Source: Camelus ferus
Lineage: Eukaryota
Direction: 5' to 3'
Assembly (NCBI RefSeq): GCF_009834535.1
Contig: NC_045696.1
Span: 119,786,001-119,850,000 of the forward strand
Length of the DNA: 64,000 nt
The position numbers and the translations under genes are program-made. The notes below the pieces were generated by a model, which had not been told where the DNA came from, ran no database searches, and saw nothing but the letters and a program-made list of their open reading frames with translations. This document shows positions 13,209-24,800 of the stretch, in pieces. Position 1 is the first letter of the stretch. Each line of letters starts with the position of its first letter.

Positions 13209-13400
13209 CTGCTCGGCCTAGGCCGCTGCCTCCAGCTGGTCCCGCCTCCTTAAGACGCTCTGACCCTGGCAAATGGAGGACCCAGGAAAAGGGGCCCGTG
13301 GTGATTGGAGGAAGAGTGTTTACCTCTCACCTCAGCTCGAGCGCCGGTCGGGGCCCCGCCTCCCCCTCCTCCGCCGCCGCCTCCGTCTCCGTTTAAAGCG
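13209..13400 (-). other. BTD: Candidate non-coding first exon(s) of BTD (biotinidase); coding exons expected left of the window
   Basis: Two minus-strand donors AG|GTGAGAGG (exon ends 13209 and 13331) lie in the CpG island. The assignment rests on synteny only; no BTD coding sequence is seen and the TSS is unknown. Confidence 0.45.
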
Positions 13401-13518
13401 TTCGGTCGCCCAGTCCCGTCTCAGAGGAGCCGCCCCACAGCTGGTGTCTTCGGGGTCGGGCTTGCTGGGTGACTCCGTGTCCGCCTGATGTCGACTGCGA
13501 GAGCGCCTCGGACGGAAG

Positions 13519-13605
13519 ATGGAGAGTAACGTGGCAGAGCACAGCGCCGGGAGCGAGGGGCAGGTGTCCGGTGCGAAAGTCATCGCCCAGGCCCTGAAAA
13601 CGCAG
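13519..13605 (+). CDS. HACL1: HACL1 coding exon 1
   Basis: ATG in strong context (aagATGg); [29 protein letters not shown]; donor CAG|gtgcgg. Confidence 0.95.
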
Positions 13606-16600
13606 GTGCGGCGGGCTCCTACGGAAGCCGGCGGGGCCTAGCGTTGTCTTGGAAACGGGGAACGCGGTGGGGCGGCCGGAGCGAGATGTGTTGGAGGGTT
13701 CTTTGTCGCACTCCAGGAGGGAACGGTGGGGCGCGGCCCCGGCACTTAATTCCCTGTTCCTGGCCCCCAGGGCGTGCGCTACATGTTTGGCATCGTCGGC
13801 ATCCCGGTGACTGAAATCGCCCTCGCCGCCCAGGAGCTGGGCATCAGATACGTCGGCATGAGGAATGAGCAGGCGGTAAGTACGGACGCGGAGAGCCGAG
13901 TGCATTGCGGGGTGATTAACACTAACGGCCCGTATTCACTGCGGACAGTCAGTGCTCACCGCTATTCTAATACTTTACACGTATCAATCACAACAAGCTT
14001 AGGAGGCAGGAACTTGTTAACCCTAAATGCAGGTAAGAAAATGAGGCACAGAGAAGTTAAGACACTCGCCCAAGGGGACGGCTGTGAGACTGGATAGGTA
14101 GTCCGAGGGGAGGTTGGAGAGAGTCTATAGCTAGAAAAGGAATGTGGTCTTTTTTTCAGTGGGCATTGGGTGAGACTGGAAAGGTTTTTCTGCATAGATG
14201 GGAAACGTAACTGTATTTTTACTTTGGAACGATGATTTTCATGGTAATAGAGAGTATGGATCTGAAGGGCAGCTTAAAGTTTTACTTGAGTCCCTCTGGC
14301 TTAGTTGAGGGCCTCCATAGGTCCCGGGTGCTATCTTGGGCACTGAGTATGGAGATGAATGATACACCCTTCTTGTCTTCGAGGGGCTTATAACCTGGCT
14401 GTGGAGACAGACACAAACAGACACTTGTATTTTAATCTGGTAAGTGCTCTGATAGAGATGTAGCCAGGGTTCTGCGGAAGCCCAGGAAGGGGTACCCAGC
14501 TCAGCCCAAGACTTCAGAGAGGGCTTTCCGGAGGAGATGATGCCTGCGCTGTCTCAGAGGATGAGGAGGCATTAATCACGGGGAAGGAGAGAACAGCTTC
14601 TTCCACAGAGGATTCCTAGGTTTGGGCTTGCCTGACTGACGAGAAGGATCGTACTGCCCCCGACTCATATACTGCCCCTGACTCATATCGGGAATAGGGA
14701 GGGAAGAGCCCATGCGGAGGGGAAAGGGAAGGAGTGCAGATCTGGACGTAGTGAGTTTGAGATGCAGCATCCCCAGTGCATGACCCTCTAGTCGGCTGAG
14801 TCTTTGCAGCAGTCAGAGGATGACTTAACTAGGGCCTGGCCGGTGGGGAATGGCAGGGTGGTTAAGAGAGAATGTGAGAAGAGGTTCAGGAGCCGTTCAG
14901 AAGGCAGACAAGGACTTAAATCCAGTTGCATGCTTGTCCTAAAGAGGAAAGTGTAATTGGTTATATCTTGATTGTCTTTCATCAGGTCCTTAGAGTAATC
15001 AAGACATAGGGACCAGTTTCCCAGGAAGTGGGCAGACCCTTAGGAATTTAACGGTTCTCGAGAGTTCACTGTGTGCAGGCACTGTTCAGAGTGTCTTACA
15101 TTATTAACTGATTTCATCCTAATTATGTTCATTATATGAATGCGGAATCCAAGGTACAGAGTAACTTGCCAGGGTGACACAGTGGGAAGTAGAGTTGCAG
15201 GGATTTGAATCAAAACAGTTTGGTTCTAAAGTCTGCTCTCTCAAGTATACAAACACTAAGCCACCTGTGAGTGGAAGTCACTGGGTAGAGGAATAGATTT
15301 TCTAAGATCATAAAACCAGTCCCTGTTCAACTTTGGACATCTGTTACCAGAGGAATGTAATTTTTGTTTTATATTGTTTCGTGTATTGCATTTTGGAGCA
15401 ACATTGTTTACCCTGCTTTAATAAGTGGATAGTGCTCCTCAGTGTTCAAATAACTGTTCTTATGGCAGCAGATGTTTTATTCTATGCATGTGCATTTCTT
15501 AGGAGTTGTCCTATTGTCGTATGTGAATTTGTCCTCATACAAAACGGGAAAGAGATCAGGGCCAAAAGAGAATAGCAACACGGAGAAAGTACAACTTCTT
15601 AGTTAGGCTTGTGGTAGTGGTGCCAGGTGAGATATGATTCATAAATACTTACTTTAAATTTTTTGCACGTATCTCCTTAACATGGATTTAAGTTTTTTTC
15701 TTAACTTAACACTTTTATTGTCATATGGTTCTTGTACAGTAAACTACACATATTTCAGATACGAAATTTAATGAATTGTGATAGATGTGTACACCTATGA
15801 AACCACTACCACAATCAAGACAGCTAACATTTCCATCACTCCCCAAGAGGTGCAAATTTTGAACTCCCAATTTATCCCTTCCCACCCCCTTTACTCCCTG
15901 GTAGCCATAAGTTTGTTCTCTGTGTAAGTCTGTTTCTATTAACATGGATTTAAGTTAAGCATGTCACATATAAAGTTGAGTTAGAGGTTAGAAAATACCC
16001 AATTTTTTATATTTCTTAAACAAATGAGAAGAAATAATACTGGAAAAAATGATGTCCCAGACTAAGACAAAGAATTTGTTTGAAAGGGCATTAAGCATTT
16101 TTCCAGGTTATCTTGTATTTAATTGAGCATTTTCCCTCCCTTCCTGTAATGAGCTCAAGTGCAGTTTAAAAATAAAAACTAACCATATGAAGGCCATAAA
16201 GAAAATGTCAACAAATCTCCAAAGATGGAAAGCATAAAGTGTATCTAACCTGACCACATAGAAATAAACTGGAATTCAGTAACAGAAAGATAACTAGTAA
16301 ATTCCCAAACATTCGTAAGTTCCGTAACACATTTGATCCTTTGTAAATGTTTGAAAAGATTAATAAAAGCAGTAAACTTCACAGGAGACTAAGAATAAAA
16401 GAGAAATACAAATTACCAATGTCAGGAGTGAAAACAGACCACGGACCCTAACTAACTCTTGGGATGAAAAAGAAATCACAATGGGAAATGGAACGTATTT
16501 TGAATTGAATGATAAAAAGATGAGCTCTCAGACAAGTAAGTTACAGCTAAAGGAGTTCTTAGAGGAAATAGTTTCAAATGAATCTGTTAGTGAAGATGAT

Positions 16601-18793
16601 CAAAAATCAATGCTCTAAGCTTACATTTTAAGAAGCTAGAAAAAGAAAACCAAAGTAAACCCAAACTGAAAGGAGTGAAATAGTGAATACAAGGACAGAA
16701 GTTAGTGGCACAGAAAACAAAGAAACAGTAAAGAAAAACCAGCAAAGCCAAAAATTGGTTCTTGGAAAAGATTAATAAATGTAAATTCCCTAGCAAGGCT
16801 GGTAAAGAATAAAAGAGAAAAAACACAAATTATCAATGGTAGGAATTAAAAAAGGGGACGTTTCTGTTGATCCTGCAAATATTTAAGCAATTATAAGATG
16901 ATATTGTGAATAAACTAGATGATACGGACAAATTCCTTGAAAAACTAAAACTTAGATTTAGATACTTACACCATTATTTGAAATTTACGGGTAGAATATG
17001 ACTGTTAAAATGAAAAGCACTCCAATTCCTCCTTAACAATGAAGTTCTACTTTCTTGCTTAGTAGTAAATTATTATATACATACTTCATAAATGGATAAT
17101 ACTTAATACTTATTACCGAATACTGTTTAATAATATATGGACGCTGAAGTCCCCATGTTTTTTCTTTGTAGGCTTGTTATGCTGCCTCCGTGATTGGATA
17201 TCTGACAGGCAGGTAAACTGAAGTCTGTTTCAGTTTCTTTTTTTAACTGAGTTGTAGTTAAAATACAGTATTATATTAGTTTCAGATGTACAACATAGTG
17301 ATTCGGTATTTTTATACGTTATGGTCACCCCAGTAAGACCAGTTACCATCCGTCACCATACAGAGTTGTTACAGTGTTACTGACTGTGTTCCCCATGCTG
17401 TTCATTGCCTCCCGGTGACTTACTTATTTTATAGCTGAAAGTTTGTACCTCTGAATCCCCTTCACCTATTTCATCCATCCTTCCACTCTTCTTCCCTCTG
17501 GCAACCACCAGTTTGTTCTCCGTATCTATGAGTCTTTTTATTTTTTTTTTTTTTTTTGCTTCATTTGTTCATTTGTTATGTTTTTTAGATTCCACGTATA
17601 AGTGAAATCATACAGCGTTTGTTTTTCTCTGTCTGACTTATTTCACTGAGCATAATACCCTCCAGGTCTGTCCATGTTGCCACAAATAGCAAGATTTCAT
17701 TCTTCCTTTGTGGCTGAGTAATATTTAATTGTATATATATACCACATCTTTCTTATCCATTCATCTGTGGGTGAAAACTGAGGTTGCTTCCATATCTTGG
17801 CTACTGTAAATAGGGCTACATGAACATAGGCATGCGTGCATGTTTTTGTATTAGTCTTTTTGTTTTCTTTGAATAAATACTCGCAATAGCATTGCTGGAT
17901 TGTATGGTAGTTCTATTTTTAGTTTTTTGAGGAACCTCCATACGGTTTTTCACAGTGGCTGTACCAATTTAAAGGCTGTCTTAAATAGAGGTTCTTAAAA
18001 ATTATTTTATACATTGAAAATGGCAAACTGATTATATGGAGATTTTTCTTCAATGCTTTAGGCTGAGAAAGTCATCTAGGTAATAAGGCAGAGCCCTACG
18101 CTTCAGAATTACTTCCTGTCAGAGACCAATTGACGTTTTATATTTATTTATTAAGAAATTTTTCGAAAACACTTTCACCATACAGAAATGTACTCAGCAG
18201 CCAAAAATTTGCTTCTGTATGCAGTTGACTTGATTTAGCCCAAACGTACTAGGAGCAAAATATGAATAGGTTAGTGAAGTACAGTGTGAGGATGATAAGT
18301 ACCTTATTTCCGGCAGGAAGACTGATACAACCCTGTTTATCTAATTCAAAAATACAATTGTTTTACCAGTTGTAGTAAGACCTATATGTCCTTTCTTTGA
18401 AGTCCAGAAGGTTACGTTTCACAGAGTGATAATGAATCAAGTATTGCATTTGACCTACTTTTAATAAAGTGAATTCTGCTTTGCTTTCAGGCCGGGAGTT
18501 TGCCTTGTTGTTTCTGGCCCAGGTCTCATCCATGCCTTGGGTGGAATGGCAAATGCAAACATGAACTGCTGGTAATTAGATTGTTATTATTGAAAACAGT
18601 TTCTTAAAATCCCAGTGCGTGATTTTACCTAGTGAAGTATCCACTGATCTGTGATGGGAATACCGGGAATCAAGTGCTTGAGGAAATGACTCAGTGACAA
18701 ATTAAGAAGAGCATTAGGAAGAAAGTGAAAAACCATCAGTAATTCCTTCACTTAGGGATAAGCACTGTTAATATTTTGGAATGAATATGTATA

Positions 18794-18836
<43 letters not shown>

Positions 18837-21800
18837 ATATTCCACATCTGCATATGTATGTGAATGTGTGTTTGCCTCTTTACTTTAAGTAAAGAATTAT
18901 TTATTAAAGATCCCAGCTCAGTATGCAAGAATATATATAATTTTTCACCTTGTCTTTCATAACTAGGAAAACAATTGAAATCTTACATTTGCGTTTGCTT
19001 TATAAGTTCATTAGTTGATCTTGGCCTTTAATCCCATCTCTGGTTCTTTACCAATAAGATCATGTTAAAAGGGGCTATGTCTTGATCAATTCATACAATA
19101 TTTAATTTTCCAGAGGGAAGGACATTGTTTTCTTTCTTGCTATGTGTTTGTTACAGTTTCTTCTTTCCTTTCTTCCTTCCTCATCTTTCTCTTTCTCATC
19201 TGCTTTAGAGTCCAATAATTTTTAAGTAACTTTAGCTTTGCTGTATCTTTTTTTTTTCTTCCTGAAGGATAAGAATTTTACTACTGAGAAATTTTCCTCA
19301 TTCTGCCATTTCCAAATAGACTTACTTAGGAAAGTGAAAAAAAAAGTTTTTCCTTCTCCTGATCCCAAAAAATAATAGGAATGGCCTAACAGTTCATTTT
19401 ACATCACCACATCAGCACCTAGAAGAGGCAGGGGAGAGCCGGGCATGGAGGAAAAATATTTACTATAAATTTCAGAGTTTTCTGAAATTGCAGAAGGGTT
19501 CTCTTACATTAGGTTGTTTCCTAACTGTTTGTAAATTGACAGGTCTTAAGGGAAAATATAATTTTCTTTCCCTCTTCTTTAACATTCATTGAATGTTTTT
19601 TATTCATTGAGCACCCTGCTGAGTATTTTACATGTTGATCTTATTTGTAGTTCTCTTTTTTAAAAAATAACTGTTTCAGGCCCTTGATTGTGATTGGTGG
19701 TTCCTCTGAAAGAAGTCAGGAAACAATGGGAGCCTTTCAGGAGTTTCCTCAGGTACCGGACTCTAAGATCTTTCCTCTGGCATTTAGTAGCATAATTATG
19801 CTCCATTAAGATTTACTCCATTAAACCTCCTGCCTGCAAAATAAACAGTTAAAATAAAATATAGAGGTACCTGAGATAATTTAAAGGTAATTTTTCTTAA
19901 CTACAAGAAGACTTCAGTGCGGATATTAAGAAAGCTTATGTTCTGCTTAGGAGCAGTCTTCCAATACTTTTTGACTGAATTTTGGAGTCTATAAAAAAGT
20001 TCTTCAATGGTTCAAGAAAATGCAGGAATAAAAATGGTTTGGGGCTATGCCTCTCAGACTTAGAGGAAGCGAAAAATTGAGAGGAAAAATCCTACTGAAA
20101 ATGACTATCAGTATACTCTGGACAGGGTCATTTTTACTTTAGAGGAATAAAGGTAAGTATTTAAAATTTTTTGAAAACTCCAAAGAATTTGTCAACAAAG
20201 TGCTACAGTTTTAAGCATAGCTGTAAAAAGCAAATAGGTGAGAGTGAATGCTTAAGATGTGAATATATTTGAGCATTTATGGTAAAAAGTTATGCATAAA
20301 GTTAAAACCATTTGGCAAAGTCTACTGGTAAATCAGGAATCGTGAGAACTTCAGAATATAAAAACAGAATTTTGTATATGATTTAAACTAATATAAAACA
20401 TTACATTTTGGTATTGGTTAATGAAAAGTTAGATTTTTATACTCTCAAAAGAGAATTGAAGTTTTATGTAGTTTATGGTAGAGAACTGCAACAGTTATTG
20501 AGAAGATGCTGATATATTTAAAAAATAAGTAGAGCAGGTAAGTTATTTAAAAGGAAATTTAAAGTTACTACAGAAACCTTACAGATGAAAAAAGAAAGCA
20601 CAGAAGAATGCCCATTACAAAAATTTTTTCCTGAAAAGGAAGATAATACATATTTATTAGATGAAATTAAAAATTTGAAGAGAAAGATCACTGATTTGAT
20701 TTAAAGTCCAGGTATGTTTCTTGTAGAAATACTTAAAACTAAGTGACATGACCAGAACAGACTGAAAGCTGGGGGGTAATCTTAATTCTGTCACGCTTGT
20801 GGGATAGAAACTACCAACTGTTCCATAGATTTCATACCAAAAAGTATCAGGAGAAACAGGTTCTCTACAGTGCTTCAAATAAACAGTAAAAAATTAACAC
20901 TACTGAATTTACATAATCCAGACAGCAAAGCAACAAAATATGTAACAGGAAAACTGGCAGAAGTATGAAAGCAGATTATTATTGTAATGCAGTGTGACAG
21001 ATGAAGTTGCGTATTCCTAGCTGTGGTGTTTCTGGGTCTGAGGATATACTTCTTTAAATTTTCAGGAGGCATTGCCAACTTCCATTCTCATTTATACCCT
21101 CACCGCAGTTTATGAGATTGCCTGTTTTCCTGTATTATGGTAGAAGCTGGGTGTTATCTAACTTTTTTATTTTTGCCAATCTGAGAAATGAAAATGGTGC
21201 CTCATTTTCCTGAATCATACCAAGGCAGAAATTTGATTGTGCTTTTGGGCCTTTAAGAAACAGTCCAGGTAATGCTTTTTTCTCCATCTTGCCTCTAAAC
21301 GTAATAGAAAGTAATGGCTTAATATTTTGTTTTCCTTTAGAAGAGTAATATGATACGTGAGCTGAATTTCAAGTTGTCTTCTTTTCACATATAGGTTGAA
21401 GCTTGTAGATTATATAGCAAGTTCTCTGCCCGGCCAAGTATCATAGAAGTTATTCCGTCTATTATCGAAAAGGTACAGTATTTCATTGCAAGTCCTCTGA
21501 GTCAGCTGGTTTATCTCAGTTGCTTATACCTGTGTTATTTTTATTCTCAATAGAATGAGTAATAATTTGGAATATACTCAGGCAGTTAAAAATGATATTG
21601 TTCAATAGCTATTTACATTTTAATGTTCACTGTCGTTAATTTTAGAAACAGATAAAATGATTTATTTTTGGAAAAATTTCCTCCTTTTCTTTAGTTTAAA
21701 ACACTTTTATTTTAAAGTTACAGAAAAGTAGAAGGAAGGATATGAAACCCTGGGTGCCTTTCTCTTATGCTTTTGCAAGATTATTTTTGAAAATTAGCAC

Positions 21801-24800
21801 TGATGCGTATAAGACTAGCTCTTAGTTGATTAAGTAGTGTATTATAAATTAATTTTATAAGTGAAGTTACAGTTGCACTGTTTCAAAAGCCACGTGTTGC
21901 AGAAACTATTTGACACCTGTTACAACATCACAGTTTCTGAAACCTTTGCCCGATCATTAGGATTAGGAAGTGGGTGAAAGTGCATGGTAATAAAGACTTG
22001 GCAGGCAGAGCCTAGTAGATAATTTTTAAGACTGAAGTGTAATAGAACATGAATTTTAAAGCCCTAAGTGAGTAATTTCTTTCTTACCTCTCCTCTTTTA
22101 AATAAAAATCTTTTAAAATGTATACAATCAATAGAGGACATTTCAGTTTTAATAAGAATTGCTTATTTTTCCAGCTAAGGATATCCAGAAAAATTAAAAT
22201 AGTGTTCATTTCATGATTTTAGTTTACCTTTGAGTGGAATATAATAAGGCTTGAGATTTTAAAAATATTTTCTTCCATTTGTAATAAACTCAGGCAGTGA
22301 GAAGCAGTATTTATGGTCGACCAGGTGCTTGCTATGTTGACATACCTGCAGATTTTGTCAGCCTCCAGGTGAATGTGAATTCTATAAAGTGAGTAATAGT
22401 TAACTGGAGTTCTTTCTTAATTGTATTACCATAATGCTTACCTTTTAAAAAGAATTTACCTAGCAGTTTATAAGTTAATCTTCATTTGTCTTAACTTTTG
22501 ATGATTTAGTAATTAAACTGAATCTTAGCCAAAGGGCTTAATTCTCTTAATTAAAATGGTATTATTTAGTAATTATTTTGGAGTTTAATTACTCATCGAA
22601 TACTTGGAGCTTCTCAAAATCCTCGCTTGAAATTATTCTTCCAGTAACCATAAGAAATTAATCCTCCCTAATGTTGTATGATTGTTTAGAGTCTTCATAG
22701 TATAACCAAGAGATGAAGTGACTATTGAAAAATTATTAGAACTCAGCATGAAAAATTTCAGTCTATCTCTGTGATTTAAAAATATTCCGACACCAGATGT
22801 TACTATGCTGTGCCAAGTTCCTTTAAGTTCCATAAGTAAACACTGAGTGAACACTAAGTACGACGAACTGGTGTCTCAGTCACCCCTGGTAAGGATGGGC
22901 ACGCGGGTTAACGCATCACTATGAGTACCATTTAGCAGATTCCTGCTGTCGTGGACCAAGTGGCCCTTTAGGGACTACAGAGAGACAGTGGGCATTTCTG
23001 CACACTCAGGGTACCGAGTGGCTTCTATGTGGGAGAGTCAGACAAAAAGTGTATCTATTCTTCATAATGCTGAAACATGACAATCAAAATAATATTGCTG
23101 TGGGGAGAGGTGCCTCAGGTAAGTTAACCCTGTAAGCCGTCTTTAAAGTCTTTGCAAATATTTGTACGTCCTTTTTTTAATATTATATGCCAAAGTTTTG
23201 TACAATATGATGTTTATTAATTACGATAAATGAAATAAAACACTGAGGATTTGGTGTCTAGAAATACTTAACTATGACAGTTTTAATACTTTTTTTTACT
23301 AATGCATATTGTGGTACTGAAATACTGACTTGCTCAGGGACTGGAAGTATAGTGAGGTAGTTAAAAGCATGGACTTTGGACACAGAACAGCGTGCTTCCA
23401 TCCAGTCTTTGCTGCATGCCATTTGGGAACCCTGGGCAAGTCACTTACTTTCTGAAATTTTCTCCCCCGCAGGTGGTGAAATGGAGATAGTGGTAATACC
23501 TAACCTCATTATTTTGAAAATTAAATGAGAGTAAATGGCACATAGTGTAGATATTAAATATTAGCTTTTAGTATATTTTGATTTCTACTACAACAACAGC
23601 TACTACTATAATGTGAAGCCATTAATTCAGATTTCCTGCCAGCAAGTTACTCATTGACTGGCTGTTAGATGGTCTTAGGGAACAACTGCTGGTTTACCAG
23701 ATGTGACAAGGATATTATGGTTATATAGGAGAAAGTCTCCATCTTTTGGAGCTGCGTGGAAGTTTTTAAGTCTTGCTAGCTGTAACCTGCTTTAAACTGG
23801 TTCAAGAAAAAATGCGTATGCATGTTTACGTGTGTATGTGTGAAGCAAATGTGAAATTGTAGTAGCTGAGTCCACACGGTGGGAACATGGAGCTTGCCAT
23901 CCTGTTTTTTCCTGCCTCTTTGTGTGTCTGGTATTTTCTCAGTTGGCCACTTTTCAGTAACAGAGCTCTGCACCCCCAGGTACGTGGAGTGCTGCGCGCC
24001 TCCTCCTGTCTGCATGGCGGAGGCCTCTGCTGTGCGTCTGGCCGCGTCCATCATTCGGGGCGCCAGGCAGCCCCTTGTGATCGTCGGGAAAGGTAGCCCC
24101 GAGCCCAGCCCTGACTCCTGCCGGGCTTTCCAGAGGGTGCTGGCTCTCTTCAGCAATGCTCTACGTGATTTACTAGTGTCTGCTTTAATGTTCGACGTTA
24201 GAATGCGAGTTCTCTTCATCCACTTAGCATTATTTATTAGTTTTGAAATCAGAATTATTCCAGAATGCCTGGAATATCGCCTATTGGATTTCTTTGGTCT
24301 TATGAGTAAAATGTGGTTTTTTCCATTATAAAAATAACATATGATTATTATTAAAAATTTGGAAAATCTAGGTTAGAAAGAAGAAATTCCTTCATACAAA
24401 GAATACCATTTTAACATGTAGTAGTTTTCTTTTCCTTTTTTGCATGTATATTTTATATTGTCATCATATTATATAGACATTTTTATATTATACTTAATTC
24501 ATTTAACTTTATAATAACATTTTCTCATGGTCTTAAATTTTTTTTTACGTGTAATTTTTAATATCTGTTCATGTATATACTAATACTTGACTGGCAAATT
24601 ATTTAAATCTTTGCCAGTTTTTGTTTAGTTACAATAGCTGTGACAAACTTGATTGTGTTTAAAGCTTTTTCCGTATTTAGAATATAAGATTGATTCCCAG
24701 AAAGAAAATTAACTAAGTGAAAACATATTCATATGTTAAGACTTCTGGTGCATATAGTCAGATTGCCTTCTCCCGAGGTGTAGTACCAGCTTATGCTCCT

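Larger units (their letters stand above)
12700..13960. promoter_or_regulatory. CpG island / bidirectional HACL1-BTD promoter
   Basis: Dense CpG and GC content. GC boxes near 13031 and 13352, CCAAT 13101-13105, inverted CCAAT 13304-13308, CACGTG 13127-13132, ETS CCGGAAG 13162-13168. The head-to-head HACL1/BTD arrangement is known in mammals. Confidence 0.88.

Noticed and set aside
13606..13770. In-frame retention of the 165-nt intron 1
   Set aside because: The length is a multiple of 3, but an in-frame TAG occurs at the 12th codon.
12516..13905. Many overlapping ORFs on both strands, including the 170-aa antisense ORF 13393-13905
   Set aside because: Expected from stop-codon depletion in a CpG island and antisense to HACL1 exons; no recognisable protein.
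23879..24331. 150-aa ORF as an independent gene
   Set aside because: It is HACL1 exon 8 plus open flanking intron sequence.
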